Source: an uncultured Pseudomonadota bacterium (lineage in GTDB: Bacteria > Vulcanimicrobiota > Vulcanimicrobiia > Eremiobacterales > Eremiobacteraceae). From it: a DNA stretch of 64,000 nucleotides. Every line of letters begins with the position of its first letter. The first letter of the stretch is position 1. The notes below the pieces were generated by a model. It saw nothing but the letters and a program-made list of their open reading frames with translations, was not told where the DNA came from and ran no database searches. Below, piece after piece: positions 29,016-39,649 of the stretch. Where the stretch lies: contig CAVTNB010000002.1 of the NCBI GenBank assembly GCA_963736005.1, forward strand, positions 37,444-101,443. The letters are read 5' to 3'. Made by a program: the position numbers and the translations under genes.

Positions 29016-29622
29016 GCCGCTCCACCAATTGCTGATGCAGCACGAGCGTCAACGGCGCAACCACGATGCCATTGCTCTTCAAGTGTTCCATCGAAGATTC
29101 GATGCACGCCAACATTCCCTCATCGAGCGAACGGTCTGCCGCCTGCTCGAGCGTAGCGCGACCGGCAAAAGTGCGAGATGGTTCTATTGTGTCTGCAATA
29201 TAGAGAATCTTTTGAAGATCCGACATGCCCGTGACGGCCACCGTGTGCCGCTCGATGGCTGCTAGCATATCGGGGTCGTTGATGCCGAAGCGATCGTGCG
29301 CGATATGGGCGCCGATGCGCGAGTGCAACAAAACCGGCGCGCGGCGCTCCGCTTCCGAGATCGGCACGTCGTGCGCCCGCGCGTAGTCGAAGAGCTCGTC
29401 TGCAGTCCACATGCGCGCGATGTCATGAATCAATGCCGCCACGCGGGCCTTTCGCGGCGAGCTGCCATATCGGCGAGCCAGGCGCTCGGCGGTTCTCGCA
29501 ACCCCGAGGACGTGTCGATATCGGTCTTTGGGCAAATGTTCCCGTACGGCGCGGCAGATGGCGAGTAGTTCGCTGGCTCCAGTGGGTCCGCAGTCATCCC
29601 GGGCGACGGGTTGATTCAGCAA
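28999..29622 (-). CDS. yqeK: HD-domain bis(5'-nucleosyl)-tetraphosphatase YqeK family
   Basis: RYRHVLGVARTAERLA...ALIHDIAR HD motif, about 200 aa, immediately upstream of rsfS as is usual. Confidence 0.8.
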   Translation of the reverse strand: MLNQPVARDDCGPTGASELLAICRAVREHLPKDRYRHVLGVARTAERLARRYGSSPRKARVAALIHDIARMWTADELFDYARAHDVPISEAERRAPVLLHSRIGAHIAHDRFGINDPDMLAAIERHTVAVTGMSDLQKILYIADTIEPSRTFAGRATLEQAADRSLDEGMLACIESSMEHLKSNGIVVAPLTLVLHQQLVERREART

Positions 29623-30128
29623 AGGCTCTCTTTCAGGGCTCTAAGTCGGTTTTGATAGATTTCGCCTTTGAGATTCCCGGCCCACATGACGAGCGCGTTC
29701 TCATCGTTGTCCGAATAGTAGCCTCGCCGAGTGCTGACGATGGTGAAGCCATACTTCTTATAAAGGTTCTGTGCTGCCACGTTCGACTCGCGCACTTCGA
29801 GCGTGATCCAGCGGGCGCCGCGCTCGATAGCTTCATCGATGAGGCGGATGAGGATTTGCTCGCCGAAGCGCTTTCGTTGGTACGTGGGTTCCACAGCAAC
29901 CGTCGTGATATGCGCATCTTCCAGAATGACCCACAGGCCTCCGTAGCCCACGATGCGATCGTCGAAGCGTCCGACGAAATAATGGGCGAGTTTATTATCG
30001 TTGAGCTCGTTGTGGAAAGCGTTGCGCGGCCACGGGGTGGTGAAGCACAGCGACTCAACGTGCAACACCCTTGGAATGTCCTCGTTTTCCATGCGAGCGA
30101 GATCGAGGGTGCGCGGCGGGGCCTTCAT
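29616..30128 (-). CDS. rimI: ribosomal-protein-alanine N-acetyltransferase
   Basis: GNAT motif AVEPTYQRKRFGEQILIRLIDEA...LEVRESNVAAQNLYKKYGF. Follows tsaB. Confidence 0.85.
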   Translation of the reverse strand: MKAPPRTLDLARMENEDIPRVLHVESLCFTTPWPRNAFHNELNDNKLAHYFVGRFDDRIVGYGGLWVILEDAHITTVAVEPTYQRKRFGEQILIRLIDEAIERGARWITLEVRESNVAAQNLYKKYGFTIVSTRRGYYSDNDENALVMWAGNLKGEIYQNRLRALKESLC

Positions 30129-30814
30129 TGCGTCGTTGGTTCGCGGGCCAAAACTTCCGGCCCCCCTTGCGCGGACGCCCGGCGTTGCTCAAAACGTATG
30201 ACCGCATTAGGTCGTTGGCCATAATCGATTGCGATGTTCGCCCAGGTCCGTTCCATTCCGAGTTCGAGCGCCCGGCGGGCAAGCTTGGCGACCGCTAAGG
30301 CAGCTTCACCCGGCGTGCGAACATTGAAATCCGGACCTACGATGGCGGCGGAGCGCGAAAAGCTGTGGGCCGCTTGCTCGATCGCCTCGCGACCTCCTTG
30401 CATGTAGTGGGGCGCTGAGTCTGAGTGGTCCATGGTGCGCGCGTAGTAGTATCCCACCTTTCCGCGAGCGACGCTCACAAGCGGATAGGTCTGAACGCCA
30501 AAGGCGGCCACGTCGTATGACGAAACGCCAACGATTGGCACATCGCGCGCTTGTGCAAGACTTGTTGCAAATGCCACGCCTATCCGCAGGCCGGTAAATG
30601 ACCCCGGACCCGTGCAAACCCCGATCAAGGAAAGGTCGGCAAGCGTCCCCTTGACTTCTTTGATACTGCGCGTGACAAGTTCAAGGAGAGATTCCAGCGC
30701 CGCGTCTTCGCTCGCGGCAGCCGTTTCCCGATCCCCTTGAAGCGCCGCCACTTCAACGCCCGACGCAGTATAGATTGCCAGCACCATGCTCGTGGGATTG
30801 TCCGCTTCGCTCAC
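30125..30814 (-). CDS. tsaB: tRNA threonylcarbamoyladenosine (t6A) biosynthesis protein TsaB
   Basis: GVCTGPGSFTGLRIGVAFATSLAQA motif. tsaE-tsaB-rimI gene order. Confidence 0.85.
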   Translation of the reverse strand: MSEADNPTSMVLAIYTASGVEVAALQGDRETAAASEDAALESLLELVTRSIKEVKGTLADLSLIGVCTGPGSFTGLRIGVAFATSLAQARDVPIVGVSSYDVAAFGVQTYPLVSVARGKVGYYYARTMDHSDSAPHYMQGGREAIEQAAHSFSRSAAIVGPDFNVRTPGEAALAVAKLARRALELGMERTWANIAIDYGQRPNAVIRFEQRRASAQGGPEVLAREPTTQ

Positions 30815-30821
30815 TGGACCT

Positions 30822-30873
30822 GTAGCGGGCGATTGGAAAATCGCCCCACGTACTAGCGGACCTTAGGTCCGCT
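30822..30873 (+). repeat. pair of REP-like palindromes (GTAG-GGGCGATT-GGAA-AATCGCCC, then AGCGGACC-TTA-GGTCCGCT)
   Basis: Read directly. The loop TTA of the second hairpin is the complement of the tsaE TAA stop (30863-30865). Confidence 0.8.
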
Positions 30874-31345
30874 TCCTTTGGAAGGCTTCGAGCAGCGAGC
30901 GCGAGCGCGGACCTCCGGCTTTCAGGAAAGCGCGCCTCGCCTCGCCTTCGATCGTCAACTCGATGTCGAGGGCGTCACTCGGCCAGAAATTAAAAGCCCG
31001 TTCGGGCCACTCGCACAGGGTAATGGCAGTTTCGCTGAGGTATTGCGAAAGATCAAGCTCCGCCACTTGCCTTTCGTCTTCCATGCGGTAAAGATCCAGA
31101 TGCCACACGGGATGCCTGCCGCCCTCATGTGAATGGGCGATAACAAACGTTGGACTCGTGGCAGACTGAGCGCCGAGCGCTTTGACAAACCCGTCAACGA
31201 GCGTGGTCTTGCCTGCGCCGAGCGGGCCTCGTAGAAGAATGACGGTACTAGGCTCACATACCGCTGCGAGCCGAGCACCGAGCTCGCGTGTTGCCGCGGG
31301 TTCGGCCAGCGTCACCGAGACCGTTGTCGCATCAGCCATCACCAT
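30863..31345 (-). CDS. tsaE: tRNA t6A biosynthesis ATPase TsaE
   Basis: Walker A LRGPLGAGKTTLV. About 160 aa. Confidence 0.85.
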   Translation of the reverse strand: MVMADATTVSVTLAEPAATRELGARLAAVCEPSTVILLRGPLGAGKTTLVDGFVKALGAQSATSPTFVIAHSHEGGRHPVWHLDLYRMEDERQVAELDLSQYLSETAITLCEWPERAFNFWPSDALDIELTIEGEARRAFLKAGGPRSRSLLEAFQRKRT

Positions 31346-31449
31346 CTTCGCTTACTTCAGCATCTACAAAACCCTCTCGGAGGGCGTTTTGGCGGGAGGC
31401 TAGCGCGCACGCAGCGAACTTTCTGATGTTAAGATTTTTCCTACTTCCA

Positions 31450-31473
31450 GTAGGGCCGATTGTCAAATCGCCC
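31450..31473 (+). repeat. degenerate REP-like element (GTAG-GGCCGATT-GTCA-AATCGCCC, one stem mismatch)
   Basis: Read directly, in the region upstream of gyrA. Confidence 0.6.
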
Positions 31474-31550
31474 GTTGAGGAGACGTCCGGAATTTGAGCC
31501 CGAAAGAAGGCACGCCACGCGACGGCCGCGACGGAAAAGCGCGCGGCGAT

Positions 31551-34019
31551 ATGACCTTCGAGACCTACGCCCACAGCACGCCATCAGAGCGTTTGCTCAC
31601 CGTCAACGTCGAAGACGAAATGCGCCGCTCATACCTCGATTACGCCATGAGCGTGATCGTCGCGCGAGCGCTTCCTGACGTCCGCGACGGCCTCAAGCCG
31701 GTGCACCGGCGCATCCTGTACGCCATGTCTCAGTTAGGGCTCAATCCCGACAAGCCGCACCGCAAGTGCGCGGGAACCGTCGGCGAGGTGCTCAAGAACT
31801 ACCATCCGCACGGCGACATCTCCGTCTACGATGCACTCGTGCGTATGGCGCAAGACTTCAGCCTGCGTTACCCGCTCATCAACGGCCACGGCAATTTCGG
31901 ATCTATTGACGGCGACCCGCCCGCAGCCATGCGATACACAGAGGCACGCTTGGCGCCAGTGGCGCTTGAAATGCTCGCCGACATTGACAAAGAGACGGTC
32001 GACTTTGTCCCCAATTACGACGCGTCGAGCCGCGAGCCGTCACTATTGCCTGCGCGCCTGCCCAACTTGCTCGTTAACGGCTCATCTGGCATCGCCGTGG
32101 GCATGGCGACGAACATTCCGCCGCACAATCTCACCGAGATCTGCGACGCAGTCTGCGCGCTCATCGACGATCGGGATCTCAAAGACAAAGAACTGCTTAA
32201 GATTGTGACCGGGCCCGATTTCCCAACCGGCGCGCTCATCTTAGGGCGGGAAGGAATCCGCCAGAGCTATTTGACCGGCCGGGGCGCCATCACGATGCGC
32301 GCCAAGCATGAATTTGAGGAAATTCGAGGCGGTCGGCAAGCCATCATCGTCACGCAGATTCCGTTCCAGCTTAACAAAACGAAGTTGATTGAAATCATCG
32401 CTGAATTGGTCACCAGTAAGCGCATCACGGGCATCGCTGACTTGCGTGACGAGAGCGACCGCAAAGGCATGCGCCTCGTCATCGAACTCAAGCGCGAGGG
32501 ACAACCGCAGCTCGTCCTCAACCAACTGTACAAACATTCGCCGCTGCAGTCGTCATTCGGGGTCAACAACGTCGCACTGGTCGATGGCCAGCCGCGCACG
32601 CTCACGCTCCGCCAAATATTGGATTACTACATCGAGCACCGCAAAGTGGTGGTCGTACGGCGTTCGCAGTACGAGCTGCGCAAGGCCAAAGAGCGCGCGC
32701 ACATTCTCGAGGGCTACCGCATTGCCCTCGACCACATCGATGCGATCATCAAGCTCATTCGCGGATCTGAAACGACCGAAGAAGCCCGCGATGGCTTGAT
32801 AAAAAAGTTCAAACTCACGGAGATCCAGGCCAACGCCATCCTCGATCTGCGCTTACAGCGCCTCGTCGCCCTCGAACGCCAGAAGATCGAAGACGAATAT
32901 GTTGCCGTGCTGAAAACGATAGCCGGACTGGAAGAACTCTTGCGCAGCGAGCGCCGCATCTATGCAGTGGTCAAAGACGAAGTTGTTGCGCTTAAAAAGA
33001 AGTACGGCGACAAGCGACGCACGCAGATCGTCGAGGCCGAAGGCGAGTTTGAGATCGAGGATCTCATCGCCGATACCGAAGTGGTCGTGACGGTCACCGC
33101 GGGTGGGTACATCAAGCGGGTGAACGCCGATACGTTCCGCGCGCAAAATCGCGGCGGCCGCGGCGTCATGGGGCTCGCCTTGAAGAAGGAAGACGTCGTG
33201 CGTCACATCTTCTCGGCGACGACGCACCAGCACGTCTTGTTCTTCACCAATCGCGGTCGCGTGCTGCGCTTGCGCGCGCATGAAATTCCAGATGCCTCCC
33301 GCCAAGCGCGCGGCACTGCCCTCGTCAACTTGCTGACGCTGCCCCCGGGCGAAACTGTCACGACGGTGTTGCCGGTGCGCAAGCTCGGCACCGAAGACTT
33401 CCTCGTTATGGTGACCAAGCGCGGCTACATCAAGAAGACGGCCTTGACCGAATTCGGCAACGTACGCCGGTCAGGACTCATCGCTATTAGCCTCATGCCC
33501 AACGATGAGCTTTTGAGTACCGTCCTCACGGACGGGAAGGCCGAACTCTTGCTAGCGACCAGCGCGGGCTTCGCCATCCGCTTCGACGAGAAGACGGTGC
33601 GCCCCATGGGCCGCGCTAGCCGCGGCGTGCGCGCGGTCCGGCTTGGCCAGCGGGATGTCGTTCAGGCCCTCGACATCGTCGGCAAGGATCGCCGCGAAGT
33701 TTTGGTGATCACAAGCAAAGGATACGGGAAACGAACCGTCATCGATCTCTATCGAAAGACCAATCGCGGTGGCAAGGGAATCAAAGCATTCAACCGCACG
33801 GCAAAGAATGGGGAGATTGTCGATCAGTTCCTCGTCAAGCCGGACGACGAGATCATGCTCATCTCGGCGCACGGCATCGTCATCCGGATGAAGGTTTTTC
33901 AGATCCGCGAAACTGGGCGCTCAGCCCAGGGAGTCCGCGTGATGAAACTGGACGAAGGAGATTCCGTCATCGCGGCCGCGAATATCGGTCAACGGGCTGA
34001 AGAAGCCGAACGCCTCTAA
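31551..34019 (+). CDS. gyrA: DNA gyrase subunit A
   Basis: [39 protein letters not shown] and C-terminal beta-pinwheel repeats. ATG 31551 gives a typical N-terminus; the maximal ORF starts at 31494. Confidence 0.95.
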   Translation: MTFETYAHSTPSERLLTVNVEDEMRRSYLDYAMSVIVARALPDVRDGLKPVHRRILYAMSQLGLNPDKPHRKCAGTVGEVLKNYHPHGDISVYDALVRMAQDFSLRYPLINGHGNFGSIDGDPPAAMRYTEARLAPVALEMLADIDKETVDFVPNYDASSREPSLLPARLPNLLVNGSSGIAVGMATNIPPHNLTEICDAVCALIDDRDLKDKELLKIVTGPDFPTGALILGREGIRQSYLTGRGAITMRAKHEFEEIRGGRQAIIVTQIPFQLNKTKLIEIIAELVTSKRITGIADLRDESDRKGMRLVIELKREGQPQLVLNQLYKHSPLQSSFGVNNVALVDGQPRTLTLRQILDYYIEHRKVVVVRRSQYELRKAKERAHILEGYRIALDHIDAIIKLIRGSETTEEARDGLIKKFKLTEIQANAILDLRLQRLVALERQKIEDEYVAVLKTIAGLEELLRSERRIYAVVKDEVVALKKKYGDKRRTQIVEAEGEFEIEDLIADTEVVVTVTAGGYIKRVNADTFRAQNRGGRGVMGLALKKEDVVRHIFSATTHQHVLFFTNRGRVLRLRAHEIPDASRQARGTALVNLLTLPPGETVTTVLPVRKLGTEDFLVMVTKRGYIKKTALTEFGNVRRSGLIAISLMPNDELLSTVLTDGKAELLLATSAGFAIRFDEKTVRPMGRASRGVRAVRLGQRDVVQALDIVGKDRREVLVITSKGYGKRTVIDLYRKTNRGGKGIKAFNRTAKNGEIVDQFLVKPDDEIMLISAHGIVIRMKVFQIRETGRSAQGVRVMKLDEGDSVIAAANIGQRAEEAERL

Positions 34020-34039
34020 AGAATCAAGGAGAAAACCAC

Positions 34040-34375
34040 GTGAGTGACATGCTGCAAATAGACCAAAATAATTTTCAAACGGAAGTGCTTCAGGCCGCCC
34101 CACCGGTGCTCGTGGATTTTTGGGCACCATGGTGCGGGCCGTGCCGCATGGTTGCTCCAATCGTGGATAAAATTGCCCAAACGTATGCCGGGCGGCTCAA
34201 AGTCGTCAAGCTCAACACCGATGACAGTCCGAGCATCGCCGGTAAGTACGAGGTCAGCGGGATCCCCGCGTTGATTCTCTTCAAGTCGGGCGAGCCGGTG
34301 GACCGAATTGTCGGCTACGTCCCTGAGAAACAACTCGCCGCGATGGTGGAGAAACATCTCGCCCCCGTGGCGTAG
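34040..34375 (+). CDS. trxA: thioredoxin
   Basis: 111 aa with a WAPWCGPCR active site. Confidence 0.9.
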   Translation: MSDMLQIDQNNFQTEVLQAAPPVLVDFWAPWCGPCRMVAPIVDKIAQTYAGRLKVVKLNTDDSPSIAGKYEVSGIPALILFKSGEPVDRIVGYVPEKQLAAMVEKHLAPVA

Positions 34376-34406
34376 CACCGACGAGTCGCGCGAATGTCTT
34401 CGCGCG
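34372..34406 (+). repeat. REP-like element of the CGCGAAT family (GTAG, 9-14 nt spacer, CGCGCGAA-TGTC-TTCGCGCG hairpin)
   Basis: GTAG shares the trxA TAG stop. The hairpin core is identical to that in the 13078-13143 tandem repeat read on the opposite strand. Confidence 0.7.
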
Positions 34407-34421
34407 CGAGATAACGCCAAT

Positions 34422-35792
34422 ATGGAAACGCCACAGCGCGACATCCCTCCGGTTCACCGCTTCACGACGGATCCTGCCGTCGCAGCCTACGATGCCTTGC
34501 TTGGCCGCGCCAACGTCCGATCGCGCATTCAGGCAATCCTCGAAGAGGCGCGCACATCGGCCGGCAGTGGCAATCGTATACCCACATTCGAAATGCTGCG
34601 CAGTGCGATGCTCGCGCAGCTCGCCGCGAGCCAGCTGAGCGATCTCGTTTCGGTCATCAACGGCACGGGCGTCCTGCTGCACACGAACTTTGGACGAGCA
34701 CCGCTCGCTGCGTCGGCACTCGCAAACGCAAGCGAGCTCGGCGCTGGCTACACGAATCTCGAATACGACCTCGAGCAAGGCAAGCGAGGCAGCCGCTACG
34801 AGCGGGTCGCCATGCAGTTGCGCGAACTCTCCGGTGCGCAGGCCGCCCTTGTCGTCAACAACTGCGCCGCCGCCATCTTGCTCGTGCTCGACACATTCGC
34901 CCACGATCGCGAGGTCGTCGTCAGCCGAGGGCAACTGATTGAAATCGGAGGCGGCTTCCGCTTGCCTGACGTTCTGCGCAAGAGTGGAGCCAAGCTCGTC
35001 GAAGTTGGTTCGACCAACAAGACCTATCCCCACGACTACCGCAATGGGTGGTCGGCAGCGACGGCGATGTTCATGCGCTCGCACCCCAGCAACTATCGCA
35101 TTGAGGGGTTCACGGCGGACGTCGACTCAAAGACCGTGGCGGCGCTGGCCAACGAGATGGGCATCATTTCCTTTGAAGACCTCGGCTCCGGAGCGTTCGT
35201 CAATTTCGAAGACTTCGGACTTCCACACGAACCAACCGTCGCCGAAGAAATCGCTGCCGGGTTCGATTTGGTTGCGGTTTCCGGCGACAAACTCTTGGGC
35301 GGCCCTCAGTGCGGCATCATCTGCGGCAAAGCGGACCTGGTCGAGACCATGAAGCGTAACCCGCTGCTTCGGGCGCTTCGAGTTGACAAGCTCACGCTCG
35401 CAGCGCTCTCTGCAACGCTGCGGCTTTACTTGGAACCCAACCGCCTGCGCGAGATTCCGCTCTTTGCGATGCTGCAGACGTCAACGACCGAGCTTCGCGA
35501 ACGCGCCGTCGCTCTTTGCGACGCAACGCGAGCTGCGGTGCACCTCGAGCCATGTGATACAGAGGCCACAACCGGCGGGGGGACGTTGCCGCTCGCTCGC
35601 ATTCCTTCGGTTGGGATTGCCGTGAGCGCCGCCACCCACAAACCCGACCAAATCGCCGAGCGCTTGCGGAAGCACGTGCCACCAGTCGTCGGACGGGTGG
35701 AAGAAACGGCTTTGGTCATCGATCTGCGCACGGTATTGCCAAAGGAAGACCGGGCGCTCGCACACGCTTTGGGAAGTCTCTTTTCTGAGTGA
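34422..35792 (+). CDS. selA: L-seryl-tRNA(Sec) selenium transferase
   Basis: SGDKLLGGPQCG (PLP-lysine motif) and KRNPLLRALRVDKLTLAAL. ATG 34422 lies after the trxA stop; the maximal ORF starts at 34308 inside trxA. Confidence 0.9.
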   Translation: METPQRDIPPVHRFTTDPAVAAYDALLGRANVRSRIQAILEEARTSAGSGNRIPTFEMLRSAMLAQLAASQLSDLVSVINGTGVLLHTNFGRAPLAASALANASELGAGYTNLEYDLEQGKRGSRYERVAMQLRELSGAQAALVVNNCAAAILLVLDTFAHDREVVVSRGQLIEIGGGFRLPDVLRKSGAKLVEVGSTNKTYPHDYRNGWSAATAMFMRSHPSNYRIEGFTADVDSKTVAALANEMGIISFEDLGSGAFVNFEDFGLPHEPTVAEEIAAGFDLVAVSGDKLLGGPQCGIICGKADLVETMKRNPLLRALRVDKLTLAALSATLRLYLEPNRLREIPLFAMLQTSTTELRERAVALCDATRAAVHLEPCDTEATTGGGTLPLARIPSVGIAVSAATHKPDQIAERLRKHVPPVVGRVEETALVIDLRTVLPKEDRALAHALGSLFSE

Positions 35793-36547
35793 AACACAGA
35801 CCCGCTTTTTGCAGTAGACCTGCCGTGAAGTTTCTTCCTTGGCTGCTCGTCGCAATGGCTCTCGCGTCGGGTTGCAGCTCCGCAGAGCGCCTCTCGGGCG
35901 CCCCTGGCCCCGAGGCGCACTTTCAAACGCGGCTGAGCGCAAATCAAGCGGTCTCGCTCGAAATCTCTCCAATGTTGGGGGCGGACGTTGCCGTTGTGGG
36001 CTCGAGCGACCTACAGGTGCAACTCGACGCGGTCCCATTGAATGACTATTCAGGCGTCAAGCTCACGCCGTCGGTCAACTCCGGTTGGCTCCGGCTTCGA
36101 CTCGACCCCTCGGGGTCTGGTCAACGCTCTTTCAACTGGTTGTTTCGCCATCACGCCGAAGCAAGAATAACGTTGCGCGTGCCGCATCTGGCCACCGTGG
36201 CGATCAATGGCGTTAACGGTCCGGTGCGAGTTGATGGCGTGAACGGACCACTCAGCGTCAAAATTGTCAACGGCGCGATCGAGGTGAACGGCGCCGGCAC
36301 CATGCTCTCGCTTCATTTGGTCAATGGACCAATCGACGCGAGCATCACCGATCTCTCGCGCGTGCCAAATATTAGCATCGCGGCCACGAACGGTTCTATC
36401 GACGTCACAGTGCCTAGGGGGTTCAAAGCCAGGGTGAGTGCGCAGACCTTGCTAGGCCCGCTTGATCAACAGGTCAACGATGCCGCAGCGCCCGGAATCG
36501 TCAATATTCGTCTCGTCGCAGGTCCAGTCGCGATAGAAGAGCGCTGA
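35789..36547 (+). CDS. DUF4097-like (putative adhesin beta-repeat) lipoprotein
   Basis: Lipobox MALASGC. Repeated VNGxI/VNGPxxV beta-strand units (VNGVNGPVRVDGVNGPLSVKIVNGAIEVNG...). GTG start overlaps the selA TGA as GTGA. Confidence 0.6.
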   Translation: MKHRPAFCSRPAVKFLPWLLVAMALASGCSSAERLSGAPGPEAHFQTRLSANQAVSLEISPMLGADVAVVGSSDLQVQLDAVPLNDYSGVKLTPSVNSGWLRLRLDPSGSGQRSFNWLFRHHAEARITLRVPHLATVAINGVNGPVRVDGVNGPLSVKIVNGAIEVNGAGTMLSLHLVNGPIDASITDLSRVPNISIAATNGSIDVTVPRGFKARVSAQTLLGPLDQQVNDAAAPGIVNIRLVAGPVAIEER

Positions 36548-36594
36548 CCGCTTCTCCGGAAGAGGCGCTGCGTCGGAGCACGGTTTTTTTTCTT

Positions 36595-38487
36595 ATGCAC
36601 ATAATCGGAACCGCGGGTCACGTCGATCATGGGAAGAGTTCGCTTGTCATCGCGCTGACCGGGCATAATCCGGACCGGCTCATCGAAGAACGAGAGCGCG
36701 GCATGACGCTCGATCTTGGTTTTGCCCCGTTACGATTTTTCGATGGCATTGAGGCCGGGATCATCGACGTCCCCGGCCACGAGCGCTTCCTGCACAACAT
36801 GCTCGCGGGAGCGCTCGGTATGGAACTTCTGTTGCTGGTCATCGCTGCACCGGATGGTCCGAAGCGTCAGACCTTCGAACATCTGCAGATTCTAAATTTT
36901 CTCAACGTCTCGCGGGCGATCATCGTTCTGAGCAAGATTGACCTTGTTGCGTCTCAAGACCGCTCGGTTGCTGCGCAGCTCGCGCGCGCGGCCTGCGAGG
37001 GCACGGTCGCAAGCGATGCGCCAATCATCGCGGTGTCTACGGTTACGGGCGAAGGGATTGCCGAGCTGAAGGCGGCCATTCATGATGCGCTCGCTGCCCT
37101 GCCGCAGCGACGAGATAAAGCGCCTGCTTTTCTGCCAGTCGATCGGGTCTTTGCATTACCCGGTCACGGTACGATCGTGACGGGAACGCTGATGCAGGGC
37201 ACGCTGTCGGTCGGTGACACCCTTGCATTACAACCGTCAGGGCTTGTCGCGCGCGTGAAGAGCCTGCAGATTTTCGGCGCAAAAGTTCAAACGGCCACGG
37301 GCGGTTCGCGCGTGGCGGTGAACATTCCGGGCGTCAACGTGGATCAAATCGCGCGAGGGGAAACGTTGGTCGCCGCTCGCGAGTTCGTGCCGATTCGAGA
37401 ACTCAACATTGAATTCTCTGCCGTCCCTTCGGCTCTCACCATATTGCGCAAACGAATGCCCGTTCGGGCACACATTGGGTCGGCCGAGATCCTCGGTCAA
37501 CTCCGCTTCGATGAAGCCGTGCCCGAAAGCACGAATCCGGCGCGGGCTAAAATCACGCTCTGGCATCCGGCCGTCTTCTATCCAGGCATGCGCCTCATCG
37601 TGCGCGGGATGAGTCCCAAAGACTTGCTCGGCGGGGCAACGGCACTCGCCGCCGGCTCACCCACAGGGGCAGCGAAGGCAAAGACCGAGATTGGCTTCGA
37701 AGACGCGCCCGAATCGGCAGCAGAGCTCGCGCAGGCGCTCGCCGGGTCCGGGCTCGCGCCTCTGAACGCTGCCCAGCTCGCAGCGCGAACCAACGTGACC
37801 ATTTCGATTGCCGAGAAAGCCATTGCTTGGCTGAGCGAACACGGGCTTATCATCGCACTGTCCAGACCTGTGGAGTTCATTTCGCGTTTGAGTGGCGATG
37901 CGGCGCTCGAACGGACCACGTCGTTTTTGAGGAAGCGTCATGATGAGGTGCCATGGCGTTTGGGCGCAAGCACTGCCGATATCGCGAAGGCTATTTCCGT
38001 TCCCGAGGGGCTCGCGGCGCGATTGCTCAACATCTGGCAAGAGGATGGTCGCGTCGCGTCTCGCGCCCGCTCTTGGCATCTGCCTGATTTTTCTCCCTCA
38101 TTGAGCAAAGAACAAAAAGTCTTCTTCGATAACCTGCTGGCGATCTCGCCTGAGGCACCATACATGCCGCATTCTCTCGACGCCCTTTCGGCTGCTGCAG
38201 CGAAGCACTCCAATGTTATGACAGAGGCCTTGGAATCGCTGCTCGCGGCCGGGTCGCTCGTGCGCATCGGCGATGATGTCTATCGCCGTTCTCAAATCGA
38301 GAGCGCCCAACAGGCGATCCGCAAACTCATGGGTGGCCAAGGTCAAGCGACCATGGCGCAACTGCGCGATGTTCTTGGCACATCGCGCAAGCATGCTTTG
38401 CCGCTGATGGAGCACTTTGACAGCGTAGGATTCACAATCCGTGACGGAGATCTGCGCCGCCTTCGCCACCAATCGCGAGGCATGTAG
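36595..38487 (+). CDS. selB: selenocysteine-specific translation elongation factor
   Basis: MHIIGTAGHVDHGKSSL G1 motif and DVPGHERF G3 motif. 630 aa with a long C-terminal winged-helix extension. Confidence 0.9.
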   Translation: MHIIGTAGHVDHGKSSLVIALTGHNPDRLIEERERGMTLDLGFAPLRFFDGIEAGIIDVPGHERFLHNMLAGALGMELLLLVIAAPDGPKRQTFEHLQILNFLNVSRAIIVLSKIDLVASQDRSVAAQLARAACEGTVASDAPIIAVSTVTGEGIAELKAAIHDALAALPQRRDKAPAFLPVDRVFALPGHGTIVTGTLMQGTLSVGDTLALQPSGLVARVKSLQIFGAKVQTATGGSRVAVNIPGVNVDQIARGETLVAAREFVPIRELNIEFSAVPSALTILRKRMPVRAHIGSAEILGQLRFDEAVPESTNPARAKITLWHPAVFYPGMRLIVRGMSPKDLLGGATALAAGSPTGAAKAKTEIGFEDAPESAAELAQALAGSGLAPLNAAQLAARTNVTISIAEKAIAWLSEHGLIIALSRPVEFISRLSGDAALERTTSFLRKRHDEVPWRLGASTADIAKAISVPEGLAARLLNIWQEDGRVASRARSWHLPDFSPSLSKEQKVFFDNLLAISPEAPYMPHSLDALSAAAAKHSNVMTEALESLLAAGSLVRIGDDVYRRSQIESAQQAIRKLMGGQGQATMAQLRDVLGTSRKHALPLMEHFDSVGFTIRDGDLRRLRHQSRGM

Positions 38488-38509
38488 GGGGCGATTGGTA
38501 AATCGCCCC
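38484..38509 (+). repeat. REP-like element GTAG-GGGGCGATT-GGTA-AATCGCCCC
   Basis: GTAG includes the selB TAG stop (38485-38487). Confidence 0.8.
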
Positions 38510-38515
38510 TCGCAG

Positions 38516-39628
38516 ATGAGCGCTTTGATTTTTGTTTGGCACTGGTTCTTCGCGTCGTTTGCAATGTTCTGGCAAGTGCTTTGGTCGCTTCTCCTCGGCT
38601 TTATGCTCTCCGCAATGATTCAGGCTTACGTGCCAAAAGGTGGCTTGAGCAAAATGTTCGGGCGCGCTGGCTTTCGGGAACTCGCGCTTGCAACCGGCTT
38701 GGGGGCGGCGAGCTCCTCATGCAGCTATGCCGCTGCCGCGACGGCCAAATCGATGTTCAAGCGCGGCGCGAATTTTACGGTCGCGATGGTGTTCATGTTT
38801 GCATCGACGAACCTCGTGATCGAACTCGGCTTGGTTCTCTGGCAATTGATGGGTTGGCCGTTTGTCGTGGCCGAGTGGGTCGGTGGCTTCGTGCTCATTG
38901 CCACCTTTGTTCTTTTCTCTAAGCTCTTGTTGCCAAAGCGCTTAGTTGAAGAGGGACGGACGCACGTCGAAGAAGAGGACAACTCCGGGCACGATCACGG
39001 CGAGATGCTCGCTCCAGGCCGCACGCTCATGGACAAGCTGCGCTCGTCGACCGGTTGGACGTATGTGGCGCATTATTTTGCCATGGACTGGTCGATGCTG
39101 CAGATTGACCTGCTGCTTGGCTTTGTCATCGCCGGTTTTTTGGCGATTGCGATACCCGCGAGCCTCTGGCAGCACGTGTACGTGACTTCGGCGCCAGCCC
39201 CGGTGCGCGCGGTCGAGAACGCACTTGTGGGGCCACTTATCGCGGTCGTCAGCTTTGTCTGTTCCATTGGCAACGTTCCGCTCGCGGCGGTGCTTTGGAA
39301 CGCGGGCAGCACGTTCGGCGGTGTGATCGCATTCCTGTACGCCGACCTTATCGTTTTACCGCTCATCGACGCCTATCGTAAATACTATGGTTGGGCCCTT
39401 GCCCTCCGCATGGCGGGCGTCTTTTACATCTCGATGGTGGTTGCCGGACTGATCGTAGAACTTGCCTTCGCAGCGCTTCACGTTACTCCGCATGCGCATG
39501 GCTCATTTCTGATGCGCATCGAGACGATTCAGCTCAACTACACCTTCGTGCTCAATGTGTTCTTCGGAACCGCTGCCTTGGTGCTTGTGTGGTGGGGCCG
39601 CCGCTCGCCAATGCATCATGCAATGTAA
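38516..39628 (+). CDS. permease, ArsP_1/YraQ (PF03773-like) family
   Basis: From ATG 38516: MSALIFVWHWFF...GLGAASSSCSYAAAATAKSMFKRGA... with two homologous halves and a His/Glu/Asp-rich central loop (HVEEEDNSGHDHGE). Family call is from memory. Confidence 0.65.
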   Translation: MSALIFVWHWFFASFAMFWQVLWSLLLGFMLSAMIQAYVPKGGLSKMFGRAGFRELALATGLGAASSSCSYAAAATAKSMFKRGANFTVAMVFMFASTNLVIELGLVLWQLMGWPFVVAEWVGGFVLIATFVLFSKLLLPKRLVEEGRTHVEEEDNSGHDHGEMLAPGRTLMDKLRSSTGWTYVAHYFAMDWSMLQIDLLLGFVIAGFLAIAIPASLWQHVYVTSAPAPVRAVENALVGPLIAVVSFVCSIGNVPLAAVLWNAGSTFGGVIAFLYADLIVLPLIDAYRKYYGWALALRMAGVFYISMVVAGLIVELAFAALHVTPHAHGSFLMRIETIQLNYTFVLNVFFGTAALVLVWWGRRSPMHHAM

Positions 39629-39649
39629 CAGCGGACCACCCTAATCACA

